DNA from: Eledone cirrhosa
Lineage: Eukaryota
DNA: 64,000 bases
NCBI GenBank assembly: GCA_964016885.1
Contig: OZ024745.1
Location: 92,318,001-92,382,000, forward strand
Direction: 5' to 3'
Shown: positions 1-9,736 of the stretch, piece by piece
How the letters are laid out: the number at the start of each line of letters is the position of its first letter
How positions within the stretch are numbered: position 1 is the stretch's first letter
Translations under genes and position numbers: made by a program
The notes under the pieces: model-generated
Seen by the model: the letters and a program-made list of their open reading frames with translations, nothing else
What the model was told of the DNA's origin: nothing
Databases searched by the model: none

Positions 1-375
1 ATAGACGCTAAAACACGTGCTACAGAAACATTACCTTCCCTTCTCCACTGACTTCGGTCACTGAGGCCGAGGGAAACGCGCTGAGCGCGTCATAATGACG
101 TAATGCAGACAGCCAGACATACAGACAGATATTATAAGGGCGCAACGTTATATCTATGTATCTATCTAAAAAGAAAGACTAAGAATTATATAGAGAGAAC
201 GCTAAATCGCCTAATGCGGTCCCTAGGGCATTGAAAATTTGAAATAATTTTTGCTCAAAACACTCACAGAACCATAAGTATTACATGTCTAAAGTTTGAA
301 AACAATCGGTTGGATGGTTCTCAAGTTTTAGTGAGCTGACAGACAGACAGACATTCTCTGTTTTAGATATATAGA
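1..375 (-). mobile_element. Non-autonomous Helitron-like element, 5' part (continues left of the window)
   Basis: Minus strand starts TCTATATATCTAAAACAGAGAATGTCTGTCTG. Inverted homolog of 413-670; 90-245 is nearly identical to 63520-63675. Confidence 0.65.
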
Positions 376-412
376 CTAGCAGAAAACCGCCCCCAGGGTG
401 GTTTTCTGCTAG

Positions 413-841
413 TCTATATATCTAAAATAGAGAATGTCTGTCTGTGTGTCTGACACCCTAAAACTCAAGAACCACCCAACCGATTGTTTTCAAACTTCAC
501 ACATGTAATACTTATGGCCGTGTGAGTGTTTTGAGCAAAACACATTTCAAATATTAGGCGCTGGTTAGCGATCTCTCTATCTTTCTTAGTCTGTCTTTTT
601 TTATAGATACATAGCTCTAATGTCGCGCCCTTATAATATCTGTCTGTATGTCTAGCTGTCTGAATTAAGACACTGACTTCGCTATCTGTGTGAGTTTGTA
701 TATATGTATATACAGTGTGTGTATATAGTGTGTAACGTTTTTCGAAATATTTACTTCTGCATTCAAAGATTGATTTTTTAGTTTCAGAAGATCCCGTTAA
801 GGGTGAAAGCAGCGATTCTTCGCTTAAATTTTAATCTGTTA

Positions 842-883
<42 letters not shown>

Positions 884-1174
884 TATATTCGTGTACAGAT
901 ATTTTTGCATTCACAATAACAAAATATAAACAAACGTATTTATTTCAAGATGCTCGACAGCAGCAAAAACAACAACAAAAAAGAGAGGGAACGCAATTAC
1001 ATGCTTTTGAAAATCTTAATGGAAACTGATTTGCCTTTTCACCCAAAGCGGCTTCACTTTTTATTAGGACTTCTGCATCAATTGGTGAACATACGACGAA
1101 ACTGTTTCAGAAAGGAGGGATAAACATGCCAATCTATGTTTAGAATCCCGAGCAACGCCGGGCCATTCTGCTAG
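413..1174 (+). mobile_element. Non-autonomous Helitron
   Basis: 5' TC start. 3' GC hairpin CCCGAGCAACGCCGGG (1147-1162), then CTAG (1171-1174) followed by T. No TSD. Confidence 0.75.
740..850 (+). mobile_element. Penelope-like remnant with variant hammerhead core, nested in the Helitron
   Basis: CAGAAGA-TCCC-GTTAA-GGGT-GAAA-GCAGCG. Same sequence at 51274-51432 (both orientations) and 63375-63485 (-). Ends in (TA)n. Confidence 0.5.
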
Positions 1175-1220
1175 TTCATCCTAAATCGGTTTATTTACAA
1201 AATAATATATATATATATAT

Positions 1221-1420
1221 GAAAATCTTCAAGACCCCGACGGCAGAGCTCAAGCCGTTTCGACGGCTATTTCTGGACTCAGAAATAGCCGTCGAAACGG
1301 CTTCAGCTCTGCCGTCGGGGTCTTGAACATTTTCCTATTACCCACTCTACAACCCAAAGTATCGAGTACTCTGGTGCGTTATGGTCCACCTGGTTCCTTA
1401 CCACACTTCCTTCGTTATAT
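1221..1420. mobile_element. Fold-back Penelope-like remnant (114-bp palindrome plus tail)
   Basis: 1221-1334 is a near-perfect inverted repeat with loop GACT and contains GCCGTC-GAAAC. Tail AAGTATCGAGTACTCTGGTG is shared with 57365-57540. Flanked by (TA)n. Confidence 0.55.
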
Positions 1421-1560
1421 ATATATATATCTTTCCTACGTTCCTCTACATACTATACGTCTCATTCTACATTTCCTCTTACATCTCTCTCTTCACCACC
1501 GGATTCTGTTACCAGGAGATTTACCCATCTGCATTGTTGAGGATTCCAAAATGACCAAAT

Positions 1561-1612
<52 letters not shown>

Positions 1613-1712
1613 TGTATATATAGTGTATTTTGCAATACACTGTATGCTTAATTAAAAACATTTTGAAGACCTTACGCTATTGTTTTAAAGTAGTGACTAT
1701 GTCACTCCTTTT

Positions 1713-1802
1713 TTTCAACAAACAAAGGGAGATAAGCTGACAGATCTCTGTTTCATACTGTTGGTATTCATCAGAGCCTAGCACTCCCCTTGTTTGTTGA
1801 AA
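1713..1802 (-). ncRNA. Type I hammerhead ribozyme (minus-strand copy)
   Basis: Reverse complement of the 2064-2153 motif; core TCATCAG at 1768-1774 on the + strand. Confidence 0.8.
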
Positions 1803-2063
1803 TTATAAATGTTGGATTGTTCTAGAATTCCAGTAATAATCAGTAAGTCACATATTCACTACTTTAAAACAATAGCGCAAGGTCTTCAAAATGTTTTTAA
1901 TTAAGCATACAGTGTATTGCCAAATACATTATATATACATTCATATATACATCGCTATTTCAGAGCACCAATTCTAATTTTCAATTTTTGCTGGACCGGC
2001 AACCACTCTGTATAATCAGTTCCTGATTATTACTGGAATTCTAGAAGAATCCAACATTTATAA

Positions 2064-2153
2064 TTTCAACAAACAAGGGGAGTGCTAGGCTCTGATGAAT
2101 ACCAACAGTATGAAACAGAGATCTGTCAGCTTATCTCCCCTTTTTTGTTGAAA
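2064..2153 (+). ncRNA. Type I hammerhead ribozyme
   Basis: CUGAUGA (2092-2098), stem II AUAC/GUAU with loop CAACA, GAAA (2112-2115), stem III ACAGA-GA-UCUGU, GUC site (2125-2127), and a long bulged stem I UUUCAACAAACAAGGGGAG-UGC-UAGGCU / AGCUUA-U-CUCCCCUUUUUUGUUGAAA. Confidence 0.85.
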
Positions 2154-2521
2154 AAAGAAGTAAATGACATATTCACTACTTTAAAACAATAGCGTAAGGT
2201 CTTCAAAATGTTTTTAATTAAGCATACAGTGTATTGCCAAATACACTATATACATTCATATATACATCGTTATTTCAGAGCACCAATTCTAATTTTATAT
2301 ATATATATATGCATATATATATTTTTTTCGTCTCCTTTTTCTGTCTCCACCCTCTTCTTCGTCTTTCATCATTATCATTATAACCATATCATCGCCTTTC
2401 CTTCGTTAATAGTCAGCAACACACATTGATAGATAAATGCTAGACTTCTGATTATTTCATTTTGGTAAGTGTTTAGTGGTAATAGTTTAGCTTCTGTCGT
2501 TTCCTTTCTTCACTAACACCA

Positions 2522-2580
2522 TTCTTCTTCTTCTTCTTCTTTTTCTTCTTCTTCTTCTTCTTCTTCTTCTTCTTCTTCTG
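2522..2580. repeat. (TTC)n microsatellite
   Basis: Read directly from sequence. Confidence 0.95.
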
Positions 2581-2584
2581 TTTC

Positions 2585-3485
2585 TCATATAGGCACAAGG
2601 CCAACAATTTGAGAGGAGGTTAAAGTCGATTAAATCGACCCCCAGTGCATTAATGGTACTCTATTTTATCGACCCCGTAAGTATGATAGGCAAAACCTCG
2701 GCGGGATTTAAACTCAGAAAGTAAAAAGCCGTAACAAATAGTGCTAAGCATTTGTCCAACGCTCTAACGATTCTGCCTAACCACCGAACCTCTGTCTGAC
2801 TGACTGACTGTCTGTCTGTCTGTATGTATGTATGTATAATAATTGTTTCTACTTTTGGCACAAAGCCAGCAATTTCCCCAGTGGTACTTTATTTTATCGA
2901 TCCCGTAAGGATGAAAGGCAAAGTTAACCTCGGTAGGATTTGAACTCAGATAATAAAGGGCCGTAACTCTATGCTGCAAAGCATGGCGTCCGACCCGCTA
3001 CCAATACTGCCAATCCACCAATACTGTCTATATAATATTATTTCTACTTTTGGCACAAGGCCAGCAATAACCCAGTGCATTACTGGTACTTTATTTCATC
3101 GACCCTGTAAGGATGAAATGCAAAGTTAACCTCAGCGGGATTTGAACTCAGACCATAAAGGGCCGTAACTCTTTGCTGCAAAGCACGGCGTCCGACCCTC
3201 TACCGGTACTGCCAATCCACCGCCCTCATATACTGTCTATATAATAATGTTGTTTTTTTTATATAGGCACAAGGCTTGCAATTTAGGGGGGGGAGTCGAT
3301 TAAATCGACCCCAGTGCGTGACTGGTACTTTATTTTATCGACCGCGTAAGGATGAAAGGCAAAGTTAACCTCGGCGGGATTAGAACTCAGATCATAAAGG
3401 GCCGTAACTCTATGCTGCAAAGCATAGCGTCCGAACCTCTACCGATACTGCCAATCGACCGCCCTTATATACTGTCTATATAATA
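2585..3485 (-). mobile_element. Head-to-tail cluster of four tRNA-derived SINEs (family A)
   Basis: On the minus strand each copy has A-box-like TGGCAG, B-box GAGTTCAAATCC and core ACTTTGCCTTTCATCCTTACGGGGTCGATAAAATAAAGTACCAG. The core resembles the Meta-SINE domain, recalled from memory. Confidence 0.85.
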
Positions 3486-3915
3486 ACGAGAGAAAACAAT
3501 CTAACGCAACCACCACACATTGATATTATGAACGATAGATAACATTTTGGTCGATTCTTGCTATAAACACAGTGAAAGAAATGGCTTCTTACATTAATAA
3601 CGATTTCTTACACAGACTTAGTGAAAACAATAATAATTGTTTCTACTTTTGGCACAAGGCCAGCAATTAACCAGTGCATTACTGGAAAACAATAATAATA
3701 ATACTACAAATAATAACAAGTATTCAAGAATTTTATGGGAAAGTTTTGGTGACATACATTTTATACAAATGTATCTCACAGTGAAAAACACAGCTGTTAA
3801 ATCGCTTAATGTTCATACCGAACAAAGTCATTTTGTCTAAGATAAACGCATGCATGAATACATTTATGTATGTGTACGTGTTGTAAGAGGTTTGTAATGA
3901 ACAGGAAATGCCCAA

Positions 3916-3984
<69 letters not shown>

Positions 3985-4026
3985 TACTGGGTGAACCTAC
4001 AGTAACTTCACGTTACACTCCCTGGA

Positions 4027-4117
<91 letters not shown>

Positions 4118-4122
<5 letters not shown>

Positions 4123-4290
4123 GAAATGGCTTCTACAGGACTAGAACAATTTCATTCGGGAGAAATCATCAGGAAGCTTCCTGATGATTTCTCCTGAGAG
4201 AAGCCATTTCTATATTAAATAGTTATAGTTTGCTATGTCTTGAGTAGCTTACTTACTGTGGTTACCCCCGATTGAACCCGGGATAAACTT
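4118..4290. mobile_element. Fold-back Penelope-like remnant with hammerhead core
   Basis: Loopless palindrome GGAGAAATCATCAGGAAG|CTTCCTGATGATTTCTCC (4159-4194) plus outer arms 4118-4134/4199-4215. Minus strand reads CTGATGA-TTTCTCCCGAAT-GAAA. Confidence 0.55.
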
Positions 4291-4296
4291 ATATCA

Positions 4297-4327
4297 TCCT
4301 CGGTAGTATAGTGGTAAGTATCCCGTC
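4297..4327 (+). pseudogene. 5' half of tRNA-Asp (fragment)
   Basis: TCCTCGGTAGTATAGTGGTAAGTATCCCG matches the 5' end of metazoan tRNA-Asp(GTC) from position 1 and stops before the anticodon loop. Confidence 0.7.
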
Positions 4328-4496
4328 AAATTGACTACATCTGTAATTTCACTGAGAATTACAAATGCTCGGACACTTATGTGTTCATTTCATGAGCAGG
4401 CTATTTTGGATGATTGAACAACTAGATCACTCGTCGTCGAAACCGACGGAGGTCCATTCTATCTCATTCCAAACCAACACATTAATATATAAGTGT

Positions 4497-4660
4497 AGGT
4501 GACGAATTGGCAGAGTTGTTAGAACGTCAGATAGAGTGTTCTGCAGTATTTATTCCAGCTCTCTGCTATCTGAGTTCAAAACCTGCTGAGGTCAACTTTG
4601 CCTTTCATCCATTCGAGATCGATAAAAAATGTACCAGTCCAATACTGAGGTCGATTCTTC
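4497..4660 (+). mobile_element. SINE family A
   Basis: GAATTGGCAGAG...GAGTTCAAAACC...CTTTGCCTTTCATCC core. Confidence 0.8.
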
Positions 4661-4852
4661 CTTTATTTCTCTTTCTCACTTCCCCTCTCTCTCAATTACT
4701 TTCTCTCTCGTCTCTGGAAGAAATTCGTCAGGTTTAAAATGTCCAAGATAAGCTATATTTTACTATGGCGCTCCTACGACTCCATCAGGAGTTACAGTTC
4801 TATACATACATATAAACCTCATACATATATACACTTATACAGGCATACATAC

Positions 4853-5085
4853 ATGATGGCTGAAAACTCTGCTAAGAGTACTACAATTGCTTGTCAGATT
4901 ATAGAATTTGGTGCACTTTTAGGCTACAGCCAGTCACACAAACCTGTAACATATCCTGAACAAACAATGCCTGTGCTTTGAAATTTTTTTTTAAAGTGGG
5001 GAAAGGCCTTGCACTCGACTAATCCCACTCTCTGAGCATCGAAAACATTACCAGAAAAGGAGAACTGGTCAACATCATCGGATGC
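4853..5085 (-). repeat. Unclassified dispersed repeat (also 9895-10140 +, 54650-54900 +)
   Basis: Shared TCAGAGAGTGGGATT..GTGCAA(G)GCCTTTCCCCA..TTCAAAGCACAGGCA. Confidence 0.7.
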
Positions 5086-5425
5086 TTCCGAAGCCGCAGG
5101 GTTTTTTTTTCAGAGTTTCCCTCTCTTAGAAAGGTGTTGTAAAAAAAAAAAAGGACTATTTGGATGGCAGTTGACTCTGTGGAGTTCCCCTGCCCTTTGC
5201 CGTGTCTTGTATTACATACATATGCCGGGTCTTGCATACATACACACATACATACATACGTACACACCTACCTACGCAGATACATATACGCATACATATA
5301 CACACATATACATACATACACACACACATACACATATATATGAATAAATTGTCAAAATTCCTGTGTGTATGTGGCTACAATATGGTTGAATGTTGTTTGT
5401 TGGAAGATAGTATAGACAATACACA

Positions 5426-6640
5426 TATACACTCGTACGAATTTGGTCACTTTAATCTATGTATCTATCTTTAATTTAACGCAATATAGCACAAGAAGAG
5501 CAATACAGTGTACCTCGGCATTCATAGTCCCGGTTATTCGCGGAATCTTCCTTAGAACCTAACTAATAATTGTTCGTGGAAACCACCGCATATTCGCGGA
5601 ATCGTAAATGTATTCCATGATTTTTTAATGTTTTTTTCGTGGCAATATATATTTTTTCACGCTTTTTAACGCTAAATTATTAATAACAATATACCGTATT
5701 TGCCGGCCTATTTTACGTTATGTTTTGACGTTTATAGGCATTTTTATGGACCACGATTTTTCACTCTTCGCGGAGGTTCTAGGAACGTAATCCTCGTAAA
5801 TACTGGGAGACAACTGTATATACATTCGTACGAGTCTAGTCACTCTAATCTATACATCTATCTTTAATTTAACGCAATATAACACAAGAAGAGGAATACA
5901 GTGCACCCCGGCGTTCGCAGTGTTTTCCCGCGATTTTTTAAATATTGGCAGTATAGGTATAGAGTCGGACGGCATGCTTTCCAGCATAGTTACGTCCCTT
6001 TACGATCTGAGTTCAAATCCCGCCGAGGTTAACTTTGCCTTTCATCTTTACGGGGTCGATAAAATAAAGTACCAGTAATGTACTGGGTAATTGCTGGCCT
6101 TGTGCCAAATGTAGAAACAATAGAATATATCTTTTAAACGCTTAATAACAATATACCCTTTTTGGCAGCTTAATTATATTTTACGTTATATTTTGACGTT
6201 TATAGGCATTTTTATGGACCACGTCTAATATTCGCGGTTTTTCACTCTTAGCGGAGGTTCTAGGAACGTAACCCCCGCGAATACCGGGGGACAACTGTAT
6301 ATACACTCGCATGAGTCTGGTCACTTTTATCTATAAGTTAATGCAATATAGAACAAGGAATACCAGAAGTTCATTGAAAATACAGTGTGCTCCCGGCATT
6401 CGCGGTCTGGGTTATTCGTGGAATCTTCCTTAGAACCTAACTAATAATTGTTCGTGGAAACCATTGCATATTCGCGGAATCGTAAATATGTTCCGCGATT
6501 TTTTTATGGCTTTTTTAGTGGCAATATATACACTCGTACAAGTCTGGGGGACAACTTGTATATACACTCGTACAAGTCTGGTCACTTTTATCTATATATC
6601 TATCTTTAATTTACCGCAATATTGCACAAGAAGAGGAATA
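5426..6640 (+). mobile_element. Tandem array of pogo/Tigger-like MITE copies with a repeated ~80-bp flank; SINE A nested at 5945-6120
   Basis: TA|CAGTG..CCGG(C/T)ATTCGCG ... CGCGAATACCGGGGGACAACTG|TA ends at 5506-5816, 5898-6297 and 6383-6558. Spacer ATACACTCGTAC...CACAAGAAGAGGAATA occurs four times. Confidence 0.65.
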
Positions 6641-6827
6641 CCATTAGCAAGGCATAACAACAGAGAAGTTGATTGAGAATTAAATAAAAAAACCTTTGTT
6701 TGTCTTTCAAATTGTTTTGAACTAAACAACAGCCAGAGGAAGTTTGTTATTAAGGAAGGACTAGCTTATTGTGTGAATAACAACTAACTGATTATTTCAT
6801 TCCGACATGTCGGCTGCGTAGAATTAC

Positions 6828-7341
6828 TGTGTGTGTGTACCTGTGTCGGTGTCCGTGTGTATGTGTGTGTGTACCTGTGTCGGTGTCCGTGTGTATGTGT
6901 GTGTGTATGTATGTGTGTGTGTGAGTGTGTATATGTATGTGTGTGTTTCAGTGTGTCTATGTGTATGTGTCTGCATATGTGCGTGTGTGTATGTATGTGA
7001 ATGTTTCAGTGTGTATGTGTGTGTTTCAGTGTGTGTATGTGTATGTATGTGTGTGGGTGTGTGAATCTGTGTGTGTAGGTGTGTGAATATGTTTCAGTTT
7101 GTATGTATGTGTGTGTGTATCTGTCTCCCTGTCTATATATGCGTGTATGTCTGTGTGTGTGTGTATGTATGAATATATGTATTTATGTATACGTGTGTCT
7201 ATGTGTATGTACGTCTGTGTATGTATGTGTGTGTCTATCTCTCTGTGCATGTGTGTGTACGTGTGTATGTACATGTGCATATGTGTATTTGTGTGTGTAT
7301 GTATGTGTGTATGTACGTATGTTTGCGTGTGAGTCTGTGTA

Positions 7342-7374
<33 letters not shown>

Positions 7375-7436
7375 CGTAATTGTCAGGTTTTGACATTGAT
7401 TAAGAAAACTGTTTCTAGCGGAAAAACTGTCGGTCT

Positions 7437-7475
<39 letters not shown>

Positions 7476-7560
7476 ATGTGTATGTATGTATATGTGTGTG
7501 TCGGTGCGTCTATGTGTATGTGCATCTCTCTCTCTCTCCCACTGTCTCTCTCTCTCTCTC
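6828..7560. repeat. Degenerate (TG)n/(TATG)n and (CT)n microsatellite
   Basis: Read directly from sequence; source of several spurious ORFs. Confidence 0.95.
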
Positions 7561-7620
7561 AGTTTGCTATGTCTGTTTTAAGGATAATAATTTCCTCTAG
7601 AAATGCTATGACATCAAATG

Positions 7621-7665
<45 letters not shown>

Positions 7666-7668
<3 letters not shown>

Positions 7669-8528
7669 ATACTTGGGGAGGGTCATATTTATATAATAAT
7701 ATTGCCAGAATTAATAACAGAACACACTCACTGTTTGGTTGGTTTTCGCTTCTGTGTCTTTTATATCGGTTAATTTAATTTATTCGGTCCTCAATTGACT
7801 GACCAACGGTCAAAAATACAGATATAATATAGACACAAACACATATATATAGTCTAACAAAGTTCTTTCGTTGCACATCTGCAACATCGTCAGTGGTTCT
7901 ATTATGTTTCCTCCCATAGAAATTAAAATAATATCTAAACATAGAAATGACCCAGCAGATAGGTAAATCAGAGAGGCCAGCGAAATAGAACTTAGAAGGC
8001 CAAGGCTAAACAGAAAAAATGAATGGAATAACAACACCCAAACAAACAATACTGACCTAAGAGAAGTATAAATAAATAAATAAATACACAAGCACAATAA
8101 CAACAAACACATATAAACACACACTAGTAAACTAAGATAGAATATAATAACCAATACAGTCACCCAAACACAATACACACACGCAAACGCATGCGCAGAG
8201 AAGAAGGCAAAAGTAAATAAATAAATAAATAAACAGACTAAATAAAGATGGCGTAGGCATACAATACAACGGGAGGAAACATAATAGAACCACTGACGAT
8301 GTTGCAGATGTGCAACGAAAGAACTTTGTTAGACTATATATATGTGTTTGTGTCTATATTATATCTGTATTTTTGACCGTTGGTCAGTCAATGGTAACAT
8401 TGAGGACCGAATAAATTGAATTAAGCGATATAAAAGACACAGAAGCGAAAACCAACCAAACAGTGAGTGTGTTCTGTTATTAATTCTGACAATATTATTA
8501 CACAAATATGACCCTCCCCAAGTATAAC
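7666..8528. mobile_element. Inverted pair of Penelope-like pLTRs with hammerhead-like core (third copy 56975-57330)
   Basis: Arms 7666-7915 and 8271-8528 are near-identical reverse complements. Core CTGACGA-T-GTTGCA-GATG-TGCAAC-GAAA at 8293-8320. Confidence 0.65.
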
Positions 8529-8605
8529 TATATTTGTTTCGACACACGATTTCATATCAAAAACCTCGCAAAACTAATTCATCACCGTTAAATATATATA
8601 TATAT

Positions 8606-8890
8606 ACGTGGGAAAGTAAAAAATCGGAGAATAGACCGTTAAAACATGTTTATTTAAAACAGCACCGGTGCTGTTTTAAATAAACATGTTTTAACGGTCT
8701 ATTCTCCGATTTTTTTACTTTCCCACGTGCTTACGCTCTGCTAACTCTCTAGCCCACTAAATATTAACACTTCGAATATTTAATACTGCCGGCACTAGTA
8801 TCGAGCACCTTTGGCATACGCTACTTGGCAAATAACTATATGTATCACCTATCCCCCCTTTTTTTCTCTTTCTCGATACGTAAATACTAT
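8606..8890. repeat. 123-bp loopless palindrome plus tail (fold-back remnant)
   Basis: 8606-8728 is centred on ACCGGT with a single 1-nt indel. The tail contains AGTATCGAGCAC, similar to the 1360 tail. Flanked by (TA)n. Confidence 0.85.
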
Positions 8891-9342
8891 ATATATATAT
8901 ATATTAATGTTATGTATTTGTTTAGTGGTTAGTTATGTCCACGTCAATATTATTTCATTGATTGTACTTCCACTAGGCTTCTATATTATATATCATATAG
9001 AATGTGTAAACTTTGCAAGCCTTTATATGAAGCTAATGTATGCAAAGCTAAAGGTCGTTTTAGGTGATCGAACGCTTTCGCCAGAAACATCATGGTGTTC
9101 AGAATAGCACGTAAGAGATCTCTAAACCTCGTATCTAAACACTTTAATTCATCCTGCCATTCCCCCAGCTCTCTCTCTCTCTCTCTTGGGGTTCGCTTCC
9201 TCCTAGCAACCAATGGCAATTTATTTTCCATCTTTAAGGGCTTTCACCCTATTTCATAAGCTATTTTCTACCACACCACTCATATATATCATCATCATCA
9301 TCGTTTAACGTCCATCTTCGACACTAGCATGGGTTATATATA

Positions 9343-9736
9343 CCAGCAGATTTACCCGGCGTTGCTCGGGGTTTGAAATTATGCTAAGAATATACAGCTA
9401 GGAAGTAAAAGAAGAACATTATTTGTCCCCAACCTGTCAAAATAAGCAGTCTCTTTATAAGGAGTGTCAATAAAGTTGGTTATCTCCCTTTTTTTTATAA
9501 GGATTGTCAATAAAGTTGGTTATCTCCCTTACATCAATTTTGCTACCGATAATTTTGATATCGATTTTTTATTGCTCAACGTGGGTCGATTTGAAAAATG
9601 TTTGTGATGTGACAATCTTAGCGACCTGTGCAACGTGCACAGACAATTTGGTCAAATTCAGTTGGTAATTGTAAAAGCCTTAAGTATGCAAAGTTGTACA
9701 CAGACACACACATCCTCGCTTTTATATATATAAAGA
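9343..9736 (-). mobile_element. Non-autonomous Helitron
   Basis: Minus strand: A|TCTTTATATATATAAAAGCGAGGATGTGTG ... CCCGAGCAACGCCGGG hairpin ... CTGG|T. Confidence 0.7.

Larger units (their letters stand above)
1604..2295. mobile_element. Penelope-like pseudo-LTR cluster (inverted plus partial direct copies)
   Basis: 1604-1843 (-) is the reverse complement of most of 2023-2295 (+). 1849-1981 directly repeats the 3' part. Flanked by (TA)n. Each long copy carries a hammerhead. Confidence 0.75.

Noticed and set aside
6831-7778. Many ORFs rich in C/V/Y/I/H/T (also at 10.7, 25.8, 30.7, 40.8, 47.9, 55.9 and 58.3 kb)
   Set aside because: Translations of dinucleotide to tetranucleotide microsatellites; no coding signal.
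8986-9231. ORF containing LAKAFDHL, resembling an RT motif
   Set aside because: A single short motif with no other RT blocks; too weak to call.
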